Shown here piece after piece: positions 1 to 9,285 of a stretch of 64,000 nt of DNA (positions are counted from its first letter, which is position 1; each line of letters opens with the position of its first letter). Source of the DNA: an uncultured Acidobacteriaceae bacterium. GTDB lineage: Bacteria > Acidobacteriota > Terriglobia > Terriglobales > Acidobacteriaceae. Position numbers and translations under genes: made by a program. The notes under the pieces were generated by a model. It was not told the DNA's origin and ran no database searches. It saw only the letters and a program-made list of their open reading frames with translations. The stretch is from contig CAVVBS010000014.1 of the NCBI GenBank assembly GCA_963746595.1, positions 356,645-420,644 on the forward strand, given 5' to 3'.

Positions 1-25
1 CAACGCCGAGGCTGCTGCGGACCCG

Positions 26-835
26 TTAAACGGTCGCGTTCGCCAGCGTACGCGGATCCAATTGAGCGGCAGAGTCTGCGTCCAGATAGACCGTCGCATC
101 CGGGTGGGTGCGAAGAATGGTCGCCGGGCAATTGGTGGAGATCGGCTCCTCAACAACCCTACGGATAATCTCGGCTTTCCGGCTACCGGGCACCGACGCA
201 ATGATCTTCTGGACGCGAAGGAGTGCGGGCACGGTGAGGGTAATAGCCGACTTCGGAACATCCTCGAGACTTTTAAACCAACCCTCGGCGACTTGTTGTT
301 GCCGGGTAACGCCATCCAGCTGAACGATCTTTACGTCGAGGGGATCGTTAAAGTCGGCCTCGGGAGGATCGTTAAACGCCAGGTGCCCGTTCTCCCCAAT
401 CCCCGCCAGGCACAATTGCGGTTTTGCGGAACGCAGCTTCTCCGCATACTCCCGGCAGGCAAGCTCCGGGTCGGGCGCATTGCCATCGATACCAAAAAAC
501 TCTTTCATCGCCACGTGCTGGGTCAGATGCTGGCGGAGAAAATAGAGGAATGACGCCGGATGATCTTCCGGCAGATCGGCATAACTGTCCATATGAAAGC
601 CGAGAACCTGCTTCCAGGAAACATCCGGCATTGCGGTCAGCGCCCGCAGGGTCTCGATCTGGGAAGCAGCCGCCGCGAAAATGACCGCAACGTCTCTTCC
701 CGAAGAACCGAACTGACGGACCGCTTGCGCCACCGCCCGGGCCGCGGCCTCGCCCGCTGCTTTGCGGGTTGGGTGAATCTCCAGTTTCAGGGTTCCCACT
801 TGAAGCCGCGTTACCTCTTTGTTCTCGATGGCCAT
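26..835 (-). CDS. glucosamine-6-phosphate deaminase / 6-phosphogluconolactonase family protein (NagB-like)
   Basis: 269-aa ORF with the GIGENGHLAFNDP motif and overall layout of the NagB/Pgl sugar-phosphate isomerase family. Confidence 0.8.
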   Translation of the reverse strand: MAIENKEVTRLQVGTLKLEIHPTRKAAGEAAARAVAQAVRQFGSSGRDVAVIFAAAASQIETLRALTAMPDVSWKQVLGFHMDSYADLPEDHPASFLYFLRQHLTQHVAMKEFFGIDGNAPDPELACREYAEKLRSAKPQLCLAGIGENGHLAFNDPPEADFNDPLDVKIVQLDGVTRQQQVAEGWFKSLEDVPKSAITLTVPALLRVQKIIASVPGSRKAEIIRRVVEEPISTNCPATILRTHPDATVYLDADSAAQLDPRTLANATV

Positions 836-1034
836 GGATCACCTTTCCAATGTTTCAATTCCCAGGTTTCACCCCACTCGGGTCGAGAACTATATTTCCC
901 GAATTTTGTGATGAGGGCAAATCGGGCCTCTTACCGGCATCCGTAAGCGGCCCGATTCCCTACCGGACCTTGCTCACGCAAAGCGGGAAGCATGTGCCTG
1001 TGCCCACGACTGAAAGCTTCTGGGCGGCCTTCCA

Positions 1035-1256
1035 GTGAGTTGCTTGACCGTATCTTTGATCACCGCCATCCGGCCATCGCGAATTGCCTCGAACGACTTC
1101 CCCACGGCCGCAGCCACCGGTGGCGGGGTACCAGACTGGGAGCCGGAGCCTGTGGAGCTCCACGCCTTGTATTCATCGCGATTGAACTCATCCCCAAAAG
1201 TGCGCGCCTTTCTTCAATTTCTGCGCGGACCTCTACTGTACGGTCAAGAGGATTAG
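1035..1256 (+). pseudogene. LysR-family regulator, C-terminal remnant only
   Basis: The tail ...VPDWEPEPVELHALYSSRLNSSPKVRAFLQFL matches the conserved LysR C-terminus (LPDW...Y.SR...PKVRAF..FL). No N-terminal HTH region lies upstream. Confidence 0.4.
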
Positions 1257-1313
1257 AGGACCATTGTCTTGTGTTGCGTCCTCACCTTTCCTGGATAGGA
1301 AAGCAACAAACGC

Positions 1314-1345
1314 TTGACATACATTCCGATATGGTTATATATAAT
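1314..1345 (+). promoter_or_regulatory. sigma70-like promoter of the arsR-like gene, probably giving a leaderless or near-leaderless mRNA
   Basis: TTGACA at 1314-1319, then TATATA/TATAAT at 1338-1345 (spacing about 18 nt). The ATG at 1350 has no room for an RBS. Confidence 0.35.
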
Positions 1346-1349
1346 CTTC

Positions 1350-1703
1350 ATGGCTAGAGCGGCGACAACCACCGACGTCTTCAATGCAATTGCGGAACCG
1401 CGGCGACGAGAGATCATCGGGCTTCTGAACGACGGGCAGGAATGGGCGGTCAACGATGTCGTTGCGCGGGTGAAGATCGCACAGCCGGCGGTCTCCAAGC
1501 ATCTACGCGTGCTGCGCAAGGTCGGGGTGGTGACGGTTGTGAAGCGCGGGCAGCACCGCTTATACCGGTTGCACGCCGCCCAGCTCAAGCCGATTCATGA
1601 TTGGGTGAAGCCCTATGAGCGTTACTGGACCCATCAACTCGGCCGCATCAAGGAACGGGCCGAACAAAAGGCCATGGATCGCATTGCCCGTGAGAACAGT
1701 TAA
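1350..1703 (+). CDS. ArsR/SmtB-family transcriptional regulator
   Basis: Winged-HTH signature FNAIAEPRRREIIGLL...VSKHLRVLRKVGVV...RLYRL. The ATG at 1350 is preferred over the TTG at 1314. Confidence 0.85.
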   Translation: MARAATTTDVFNAIAEPRRREIIGLLNDGQEWAVNDVVARVKIAQPAVSKHLRVLRKVGVVTVVKRGQHRLYRLHAAQLKPIHDWVKPYERYWTHQLGRIKERAEQKAMDRIARENS

Positions 1704-1721
1704 CGGAGGGAGAGATTGCCC

Positions 1722-2168
1722 ATGAAAACTCTCTTTGAAGCGGCGACGGTGGAAGAGGTGAAGACGCGGATGGATCAGCTGAAGCCGGATAGCGAACGCC
1801 TATGGGGCACGATGAGCCCAGCACAGGCGCTGGCGCATTGCTCCACGGTGATGGAGCTGGCGGTTGGTTTGCAATTTCCTCCGCGAACTTTGGTTGGGCG
1901 GCTCTTCGGGCGCTACGCGAAGTCGATGTTTGCGAAAGAGAAGCCGCTACGCCGCAATATGCCTACGGACAAACACTTTATAGTAAGCGATGAACGGGAG
2001 CTGGTAGTGGAGCGGCAACGCCTGAGCGGACTGATCGACCGCCTCGCCGCCGGGCCAGAAGGTTGCACCAAGCATCCGCACAGCTTCTTCGGGCCGCTGA
2101 CTCCGATGGAATGGGCGTCACTGACGTACCGGCACCTGGATCATCATCTGCGCCAGTTTCAGGTTTAG
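1722..2168 (+). CDS. DUF1569 (DinB-like) family protein
   Basis: 148-aa ORF. A GGAGGGAGAG RBS lies 8 nt upstream of the ATG. C-terminal HLDHHLRQF motif is typical of DUF1569. Confidence 0.7.
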   Translation: MKTLFEAATVEEVKTRMDQLKPDSERLWGTMSPAQALAHCSTVMELAVGLQFPPRTLVGRLFGRYAKSMFAKEKPLRRNMPTDKHFIVSDERELVVERQRLSGLIDRLAAGPEGCTKHPHSFFGPLTPMEWASLTYRHLDHHLRQFQV

Positions 2169-2213
2169 TAAATTAGGAGGCCGGGTGCGTTCGGGATTGA
2201 GCTGCCGCCCGGG

Positions 2214-3398
2214 TTACTTGCCATCCGGGGCGCCTACAACGTCAACCCAGTATGAGTTGCGCGCGCTCAATTGCAGACCTGGCCGGTCCTTGAGCGTGAG
2301 GTTCAGCGCATGGGGTCCCGGTAGCGGCGATTGCGGATGGAAGCTCAGAACATAGTAATTTGGCGCGTCGTTCGAAATCGTGATCAGGTGCCGGCTGAGC
2401 GTCGTCGCATCCTTGAAAGCGAAGTATTCGCCCCCCGTCAGTTGCGCGACCGATTCAGGCACGTTGCGCTGTAGTCCGTCTTTCGCCGCCAGATATGCCA
2501 TTCGCCCTAGTCGCAACGGTGGGATCAGATCGCTCGCGCAGTCCAATGCTTGAACACTGCGCTTGCCGTGCGCGTCCGGGTCGGCATCCGGCGCGCGACT
2601 CATGCAGCCGCCCTTCGCGTACGGCGTGTCTTCATAAGGGGTTCCCCCCGGCCGGGGCAGCTTCGATCCCTCGTGCTTCACCGCCATCTTCGTGCTCGAA
2701 AAGCCGAAGCTGTAAATCGCGGTGTTGGTGTCGTCGACCGTGCGTATAGCCTCCTCGAAGCTGGTTTGGCTGCCGTCGTCGATGGTCTCGCTGAAGAGTA
2801 GCACTGCACGGCGATACTCCTGCGGCTGCTGGCGCAAAAGATTGATGCCGAAATTGAGCCCGTCCAGAATCGCCGCGCCCGGATCCCCTTCTCGAAGGGT
2901 GCGAATGGTCCGCAACGCCGCATCCGTGTCGCTGGTGAAGTCCTGGACAAGGCGAGGTTTGCTATCGAAGGTGACCACCGCAATGCGATGTTCCACATTG
3001 CCGACAACGGCATCGAGCACCGCATCGAGATCGCGGTAATCACCCAGATGGGATGCACCCCGGCCGCCGGTCTGTACGATGATCGCCAGCGCCACGGGCT
3101 GCGAATCGGTATCGGGCTCCAGTCGCAGCGACTGGGGAACGCCGTTATCGGTAAGGATGAAATCGTCCGCCGTCAGCGCGAAGACCAATTCGCCACTCTT
3201 CGTCTTTACTAACGCGGGCACCAGCACCAGGTTCGAGCGCACGGAAAGAGCCGGAACCTGCGAGCCAGCCGATGATGGGGCATTAGTTTGCGCGCTGGCC
3301 GCCACACCAGAGAGCAGGACCATCCCCGAGATAACGCTCGCCACTGCGCAAAACATGCTCTTGAGACGGAGCATGGGAAGACGCCTCGCGAACAGCAT
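2214..3398 (-). CDS. VWA domain protein, acidobacterial VWFA-related type (TIGR03436-like), secreted
   Basis: Signal peptide, then the SNLVLVPALVKTKSGELV...ADDFILTDNGVPQ module followed by a VWA fold. The start could instead be Met9 at 3374. Confidence 0.8.
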   Translation of the reverse strand: MLFARRLPMLRLKSMFCAVASVISGMVLLSGVAASAQTNAPSSAGSQVPALSVRSNLVLVPALVKTKSGELVFALTADDFILTDNGVPQSLRLEPDTDSQPVALAIIVQTGGRGASHLGDYRDLDAVLDAVVGNVEHRIAVVTFDSKPRLVQDFTSDTDAALRTIRTLREGDPGAAILDGLNFGINLLRQQPQEYRRAVLLFSETIDDGSQTSFEEAIRTVDDTNTAIYSFGFSSTKMAVKHEGSKLPRPGGTPYEDTPYAKGGCMSRAPDADPDAHGKRSVQALDCASDLIPPLRLGRMAYLAAKDGLQRNVPESVAQLTGGEYFAFKDATTLSRHLITISNDAPNYYVLSFHPQSPLPGPHALNLTLKDRPGLQLSARNSYWVDVVGAPDGK

Positions 3399-3465
3399 AC
3401 ATCTTCACGGGATCGACCATCACATTAATACTCGGGCCGGTTTCCACAGCCGGCACGGTGCCTCC

Positions 3466-3840
3466 TTAGAAAGTAATCTTGACAGCACCCTGGAATACAC
3501 ACGCCCCATAAGAGATGAGAGTGGACGTTCCTTGGCCAAACGTTGACGAGAGCAACGACGAGCTGGATCCCAGGTTGCCGCTGCTGCCAGGAGCGGCGAA
3601 GGCCGGATGATTCAATGCATGGAAGGCCTCAAGCCGCAGAACCAACGCCAAGCTCTCGTGCAGAGGAAAGGTCCGGCTCAAGGCGCTATCCAGTTGGAAG
3701 TAGCCCGGCCCGCGCTTTCCAGCCAGTCAGAGAAAAATTGCCTGAACGCGTGACCACATTCACCATCGGCCGGCGCCCAGCCATCACGGTGATAGCTATC
3801 CCCAGGCGGCTCACTTCGCGGCTCTGGTAGCCCCGGGCCA
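3466..3840 (-). pseudogene. TonB-dependent-receptor-like outer membrane protein remnant
   Basis: The C-terminal barrel end RGPGYFQLDSALSRTFPL...LRLEAFHALNHPAF...FQGAVKITF lies directly downstream of a VNVVTRSG-like motif in another frame. The roughly 900 aa in between are absent. Confidence 0.5.
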
Positions 3841-3870
3841 TGGTTGGACCTTATAAATTATAGCCACCAT

Positions 3871-3888
3871 GAGGTCAGACCTTTAGAG
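3871..3888. promoter_or_regulatory. candidate GntR/FadR operator, copy 1 (GAGGTCAGACCTTTAGAG)
   Basis: Palindromic core GGTCAGACC. A near-identical 18-mer recurs at 4039-4056 upstream of the GntR gene. Confidence 0.4.
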
Positions 3889-4038
3889 CGGAAACAGTGT
3901 CCTGGAGCAAAGATGAAACTGTCGAGGGTAAATTCATATATCTTTCGGTGATGCCCGGTGAACACTGGCCCTAAGCCTCCATTGGAACCTGACATGCCGC
4001 GCTAGCCTATGGCGCGCTACAACATACGGCCCTACCGA

Positions 4039-4056
4039 GAGGTCGGACCATTAGAG
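4039..4056. promoter_or_regulatory. candidate GntR/FadR operator, copy 2 (GAGGTCGGACCATTAGAG)
   Basis: 16 of 18 nt identical to 3871-3888. Palindromic core GGTCGGACC. Lies about 120 nt upstream of the GntR start. Confidence 0.4.
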
Positions 4057-4176
4057 TTATCGCCCGCGAAATCAAGTCCGGCCGAAAACCTTGAGCAGCC
4101 GAACGTGGAGTGCTAATCTCGCAACTGTACTGTCTGGGCTCAGAAACGCGCAGCACGGGGAGGCACCGGGGCAGTT

Positions 4177-4974
4177 ATGCCGACAGAAACAAATGGCGCC
4201 GCCGACAAGCAGCTGACGATGAAGGTGGTCAACCATATTCAGAAGCTTATCGAAACAGGTGTGCTGAAGGCCGGGAACAAGATTCCGCCGGAGCGCGAAT
4301 TTGCCACCCAGTTGAAGATCAGCCGCGCCAGTTTGCGCGCGGGCATCGGATATCTGGCTGCGATGGGCGTCTTGAAGGTACGCCATGGAGTGGGCACATT
4401 CGTAGCCGAGGAGGCCCCCGCCGTACACTCTTTCTCGATGCACCTGCTGAGCGCTCTCAATGGATTCAAGCCCAAGCAGATGTTTGAAGCGCGCTTAGTG
4501 CTGGAAGGCGGCATCGCTGCCATGGCAGCGGAACGCGGTGGCGACTCACACTTCGCCATGATGGCCGAAGAAGTGACCGAAATGTATGCCACCTTTGATG
4601 ACCCTCAGGAGTACTTGATCCACGACGTCCGCTTTCACCGGGCGATCGCCGAGGCGGCGGGAAACCCCATCCTTGCCGTACTGATGGAGACAGTCGTAAG
4701 TGCGATCTACGATGACCGCCGGCGGACGGTGGAACGCTCCTCCGACCTCAGGCAATCCGCCGATATGCATCGCACCATCTATCGCGCCATTCGAGCGAGA
4801 GATGCGGTGGCAGCCCGCAAAGCCATGGAGCAACACCTGCGCCTGGCGGAAACTGCCCAGGTAAGCGAACCTGCGCCACACCCGCGCAACGGAGCGCGCA
4901 GGCGCGGCGGCCCCAAGGCCTCGACCACAGCGACCGCGGAAACAAAACCCCGCCCCCAGTCAAAAAAGGAATAG
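4177..4974 (+). CDS. GntR-family (FadR subfamily, FCD domain) transcriptional regulator
   Basis: N-terminal wHTH KIPPEREFATQLKISRASLRAGIGYLAAMGVLKVRHGVGTFV followed by a helical FCD-like domain. Confidence 0.85.
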   Translation: MPTETNGAADKQLTMKVVNHIQKLIETGVLKAGNKIPPEREFATQLKISRASLRAGIGYLAAMGVLKVRHGVGTFVAEEAPAVHSFSMHLLSALNGFKPKQMFEARLVLEGGIAAMAAERGGDSHFAMMAEEVTEMYATFDDPQEYLIHDVRFHRAIAEAAGNPILAVLMETVVSAIYDDRRRTVERSSDLRQSADMHRTIYRAIRARDAVAARKAMEQHLRLAETAQVSEPAPHPRNGARRRGGPKASTTATAETKPRPQSKKE

Positions 4975-5048
4975 GATGAGTTCCCCCGGGGTTCCCGCAC
5001 GCCTGTTCATCGTGGGGAACACAACGGATTTTCTCGCGGCCTCTATAC

Positions 5049-5507
5049 CTATTTCTTGGGCTTCCAACAATGGGCAAACTCTTTTCGCGTATGGCTGATT
5101 CCCATGACGTTAAACGAGCGTGTCTGTTTCGAGTAGATGACCTGTTGAATTCCCCCGTGAATCGAATTCGAGTTGTTGTAGTGGCCGATCCCGGTTCCTG
5201 GGTATTCCCGGCTCATCCGGATGTAGCTATGCCATTCCGGGTTCCCTGTTGCCTGAAAGCCTGAGGCTTCAAGTAAACCGTCCTTGGGCTGCCATGTAAT
5301 GTCCACGATCCCACCCGTCGGCTCATGGGTTCCGTCATCCCGGATACGGTAATTTTCGTACCGGCCGGCCAGAGAACCATACTCTTTGGTGAGCGCCCGC
5401 AACTCAGACCACTTCCGCAACCTGGTACCGATCTGCCAATCACCGATTACGCCCAGAATTGCGCCCAATACGGACCCGATTGCAAGATTCGGCCAACTGA
5501 TGGTCAT
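5049..5507 (-). CDS. hypothetical protein with N-terminal transmembrane anchor
   Basis: 152-aa ORF from the ATG at 5507. One predicted TM (LAIGSVLGAILGVIG). Locally lower GC. No family recognised. Confidence 0.5.
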   Translation of the reverse strand: MTISWPNLAIGSVLGAILGVIGDWQIGTRLRKWSELRALTKEYGSLAGRYENYRIRDDGTHEPTGGIVDITWQPKDGLLEASGFQATGNPEWHSYIRMSREYPGTGIGHYNNSNSIHGGIQQVIYSKQTRSFNVMGISHTRKEFAHCWKPKK

Positions 5508-5585
5508 TTCACATTCCCACAACGACGTTGATGTAGCTCTTCGTAGGGTTGTACGTTGATTCCCCCTCGCCGGTTCCCTCTATTC

Positions 5586-8240
5586 TCAGTCGCATCGTAA
5601 AGCAACGATCGGATTCACGCTGGTGGCAGATCTGGCCGGGATAAGGGCGGCGACGATCGCGACCAGCACTAGTAGCAGCGTTACCAATCCAAACGTAACC
5701 GGGTCATGTGGGCCAATGCTGTACAACAGGCTCGAGAGCACGCGGGTTGCAGCCAATGCGGCCACCAGGCCAACGGCAATTCCCGATAAAATAAGCCGCA
5801 AACTCCTCCCCATCACCAGCCGCAAAATGTCGCCTTTGTCTGCCCCCAGCGCCATGCGCACCCCGATCTCCTGCGTCCGTTGCGCTACCAGGTAAGCGAT
5901 CACCCCATAGAGCCCGATCATGGCCAGCGCCAGGCCGGTCGCAGCGAAGAAGCTCACCAGGGTCGTCTGAAATCTTGGCTGATCGGCCAGCTTCGCGACT
6001 CGTTGGCGAAGGGTCGCAATATCCACCGGAAGCGTCGGGTCAAGCGCGGCTACCTGGGAGCGAATCCATCGACTCGTCTGGTCGGGTGGCAGCGAGCTTC
6101 GGACTACCACAACGGAAGTCTTAGCAAAGGTGCCACCGTCGTCCCAGTCGTCGGCAAGGTTTCTCCGCAACCGGTAATACTCAGGCGCCTCCTCTTTCCT
6201 GAGGCCCCCGTTCTTGACGTCTGAGGCGACCCCGACGATTGTGCTCCAGGGCTCAGACGGATCGGTCCTCCCAAACCGCATTTGTTTCCCAATAGGATTC
6301 ATGTTTGGGAAGAATAGGTCCGCGAGGCGCTTGCTGAGGACAATAGACCGTTGGCTCGCGTTCATATCCTCTTCACGAAAACCCGCGCCCTGCACCATGG
6401 CGATATCCAAAGCGCGAAAGTAATCAGGCGATACCAGACGTGAGGCAACCACCCCGGTGATGGGTGACATCGGCCTTCCGGCAACAACGATCTCATCGAG
6501 GCGACCGCTAGGACCCCCATCAGGAGGGATAGAGTTGCTGACAGAAACGAGTGAGATACCGGGTCCGAATTTGAGGTGCGTAGTCAATTGTTGAAAGAAG
6601 GCGAGCCGGCTTGCGGCTGTGGGATACGTGTGATCTCCCAAAGTGACGCTGGCGGTGACAGTATTGTCGTTTCGCATACCAAACTTTTGATCTTCAAGAC
6701 TGCGGAAACTGCGCAGCAAGAGAATTGCCGCAACCAGTAGAACCATGCTTGCGGCGATCTGGGCCACCACCAGCCACTGTCGCACCATCGCATGGGAGAC
6801 CATGGTGAAGGACCGTCCGTTTAACGCACCATCTCCGGGCTTTTGCAAGGCAGGGGCGAGGCCAAAGAATGCGCCGCAGACGATCGCAAGTACGACGGTG
6901 GCACACACGATGCGAAGATCAAGCCGAGTTTGGTCGAGGTAAGGAATGGTTGCAGGAGCGATGGCAACGAAGAAGCGCAACAGCCCCTCTGCCAGTGCGC
7001 ATCCCGCGAGCGCGCCAGCGAAGGAAAGTAGCAATGCTTCCGTCAGCGCCTGACGCAGCAGTCTGCCTCGGCTCGCTCCCAGGGCCGAACGAACCGCGAG
7101 CTCGCGTTGCCGCGCTGCGCCCCGCGCCATGAGTAGACTTGCCACGTTAGCGCACGCGATGAACAAGACCGCGAGAACAGCGCCCAGCAGAACCCATGCA
7201 GCCGTTCGTACGTCTTGCATCTGAAGATCGCGAAGGGAGCGAACTTTTAAGTGGAAGTCATACCGAATATCTGCCGGAACCCGTTTCAAAGCGCTCTGGA
7301 ATAGTGGCTGCAGCGCTGCCTCGGCCTGCTGAACATCTACTCCAGGTTTGAGCCTGGCGAAGGCTCGTCTGGGACCTCCAAGTCCACTGTTAACTACTTT
7401 GTCTGCCGCTTCGTCTGCCGGCATGGGAAACAGCACATCGACCGATTGCAGCCTGGGCATCTCAAAGTTTTTGGGTAGCACCCCGACCACCTGGACCGGA
7501 ACGCCATCTATTTCAATCGTCTTGTTGAGAATGCCGCGATCCAGGTTGTAGTGGGAGAGCCAAAGGCCGTAGGAGATGAGCGCCACCTTTGGCCCGTTGG
7601 GGAGATCTTCTTGCGGCAGGAAGTTTCGCCCGAGGACCGGCGAGACCCCTAGCGTGGGTAGGAAATTTCCTTCTACCGACGTACAGTTCAGTTGCGCCGG
7701 GTTTCTCTCCGTCAGGTCGCACTCGCCTGTCACGGCACGCTCGGAGGTAAGCGCCTCGAAGGGCTTTTGGCCACGCTGCCAGTCGTAGTAGAAGTAGCCC
7801 AGCATAAACTCCTGGTTTCGAGCGAATGAACCATACCAACCGAGACCAGACGGTCGGCATGGGCGTAGGGAAGGCTGCGAAATAGGATGCGATCGACAAT
7901 GCTGAACACCGCAGTCGTCGCACCAATGCCCAGCATCAGCGTCACAAGAATGGTGATGGTAAAGACCGGGTTGCGGCGCGAAGCCGCGGAGGGCATAGCG
8001 GATATCCTGAAGGACGGTTTCGATATAGAAGCTTGGCCGCTGTTGGTGAGATTCTTCCTTGGTACTCTCGACTCCCCCAAACGAGATGACCGCTTGCCTC
8101 CGCGCCTCCTGCGGCGTCATTCCGGCGGCGACATTTGCCTTGGTCTGTTGTTCGAGGTGGAATTGCAACTCCTCATCTATTTCATGATGAGGCTTGGGAG
8201 CTAGCAGGAAACGGAGGCGCGTCAGCCATTGCTTCAGCAT
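5586..8240 (-). CDS. ADOP-family (acidobacterial duplicated orphan permease) MacB-like ABC permease, with an internal out-of-frame segment
   Basis: Two FtsX-type 4-TM modules and a periplasmic domain. The conserved TM1 region RRNPVFTITILVTLMLGIGATTAVFSIVDRILFRSLPY is encoded in a different frame between about 7980 and 7820. Confidence 0.8.
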   Translation of the reverse strand: MLKQWLTRLRFLLAPKPHHEIDEELQFHLEQQTKANVAAGMTPQEARRQAVISFGGVESTKEESHQQRPSFYIETVLQDIRYALRGFAPQPGLYHHHSCDADAGHWCDDCGVQHCRSHPISQPSLRPCRPSGLGWYGSFARNQEFMLGYFYYDWQRGQKPFEALTSERAVTGECDLTERNPAQLNCTSVEGNFLPTLGVSPVLGRNFLPQEDLPNGPKVALISYGLWLSHYNLDRGILNKTIEIDGVPVQVVGVLPKNFEMPRLQSVDVLFPMPADEAADKVVNSGLGGPRRAFARLKPGVDVQQAEAALQPLFQSALKRVPADIRYDFHLKVRSLRDLQMQDVRTAAWVLLGAVLAVLFIACANVASLLMARGAARQRELAVRSALGASRGRLLRQALTEALLLSFAGALAGCALAEGLLRFFVAIAPATIPYLDQTRLDLRIVCATVVLAIVCGAFFGLAPALQKPGDGALNGRSFTMVSHAMVRQWLVVAQIAASMVLLVAAILLLRSFRSLEDQKFGMRNDNTVTASVTLGDHTYPTAASRLAFFQQLTTHLKFGPGISLVSVSNSIPPDGGPSGRLDEIVVAGRPMSPITGVVASRLVSPDYFRALDIAMVQGAGFREEDMNASQRSIVLSKRLADLFFPNMNPIGKQMRFGRTDPSEPWSTIVGVASDVKNGGLRKEEAPEYYRLRRNLADDWDDGGTFAKTSVVVVRSSLPPDQTSRWIRSQVAALDPTLPVDIATLRQRVAKLADQPRFQTTLVSFFAATGLALAMIGLYGVIAYLVAQRTQEIGVRMALGADKGDILRLVMGRSLRLILSGIAVGLVAALAATRVLSSLLYSIGPHDPVTFGLVTLLLVLVAIVAALIPARSATSVNPIVALRCD

Positions 8241-8251
8241 CGAGAATCCTC

Positions 8252-8575
8252 CTACTCGAGCACCAGGGCGATCGCGGTGGAGATACGGCCCCAGTTTTCG
8301 AGTTCGACTTCGAGCTGCTTTTGCCCGGTGCGCGTCAGCGAATAATACTTGGCCTTACGGTTGTTTTCGGAGGCTCCCCAGTCGGCACGAATCCAGCCCT
8401 TGTACTCCAGCCGATGGAGCGCTGGATAGAGAGACCCCTGCCCGATCTGCAGCGCCTCCTTCGATACTTGTTGAATGCGCTGCGCGATGCCCCATCCGTG
8501 CATGGACTCAAGGGCCAACGTCTTCAAGATAAGCAGATCAAGCGTCCCTTGAAGCAGATCCGTAGATGGCGGCAT
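8252..8575 (-). CDS. PadR-family transcriptional regulator
   Basis: LDLLILKTL...HGWGIAQRI...GSLYPALHRLEYKGWI...RKAKYYSLTRTG. Lies directly upstream of the ADOP permease on the same strand. Confidence 0.9.
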   Translation of the reverse strand: MPPSTDLLQGTLDLLILKTLALESMHGWGIAQRIQQVSKEALQIGQGSLYPALHRLEYKGWIRADWGASENNRKAKYYSLTRTGQKQLEVELENWGRISTAIALVLE

Positions 8576-8585
8576 GTCTCCCCCT

Positions 8586-8628
8586 GACACTCAACAAGAG
8601 AATGAGGCCGCCTCTTGTCGAATGTCAA
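8586..8628 (-). promoter_or_regulatory. imperfect inverted repeat overlapping a TTGACA -35 box, candidate PadR autoregulatory site
   Basis: GACACTCAACAAGAG (8586-8600) and CTCTTGTCGAATGTC (8612-8626) match at 13 of 15 positions as an inverted repeat. TTGACA on the minus strand lies at 8628-8623. Confidence 0.35.
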
Positions 8629-8643
8629 GGGGGAGAATTCAAA

Positions 8644-9285
8644 TCATGCTTGTTGATGTCGAGTTGCCGCGCCTAACCGATGCGTTCGGACGATTGCACC
8701 AGCGATGACGATCGCCAGGGAATCGGAGAAATACCACATCAGCCTGGACAGAGGTGTAGCATACCCAAACCGCATCACCTCTACTGGGAGAGCAACGATA
8801 ATCATCGCGCCGAATATAAGACCCAGGGTCATCGTGGCCGCCATTTCCCTTCCCTTGGCCACGAGCGCAACCATGAAACCAACGAACAGGAATGTGATGA
8901 GGTGTCCGAGGTCAATTCCAGTGGATGCGAAGAACATATACGTGCTGAAGTGATGCTCGTAAACGTGGTATCGCTCAAGCACTGCAAATATCGGCGGCTC
9001 GACCAGTCGAGCGACAAGCTTCCGCAGAAAAAATCCTCCGGCAACGGCTGCCGTTGTCACCCACGGGGCAGTGCGGAAGCCCAGGACCGCAAGCTGGAAG
9101 ATGGTCTTCAACGTCTGTCGCCAGTACCACCTGCGGGCGAATAAAACTCCCGATTTTGACGCGAGACGCGTGAATTCCTCAAGCAAGTCGCCCAGAATGT
9201 GTTCTGCTGCATCGTCAAGCGCGAAAAGGGTGAGGAGCCACATCGCTAAACGTGGCGGCTGAACGAGATGTGATTGCGACGTCAT
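8644..9285 (-). CDS. PadR-associated integral membrane protein
   Basis: 213 aa with about 4-5 TM segments. The N-terminal GDLLEEF...YWRQ motif resembles the prefix often found next to PadR genes. Its ATGA overlap with the upstream PadR gene suggests translational coupling. Confidence 0.65.
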   Translation of the reverse strand: MTSQSHLVQPPRLAMWLLTLFALDDAAEHILGDLLEEFTRLASKSGVLFARRWYWRQTLKTIFQLAVLGFRTAPWVTTAAVAGGFFLRKLVARLVEPPIFAVLERYHVYEHHFSTYMFFASTGIDLGHLITFLFVGFMVALVAKGREMAATMTLGLIFGAMIIVALPVEVMRFGYATPLSRLMWYFSDSLAIVIAGAIVRTHRLGAATRHQQA

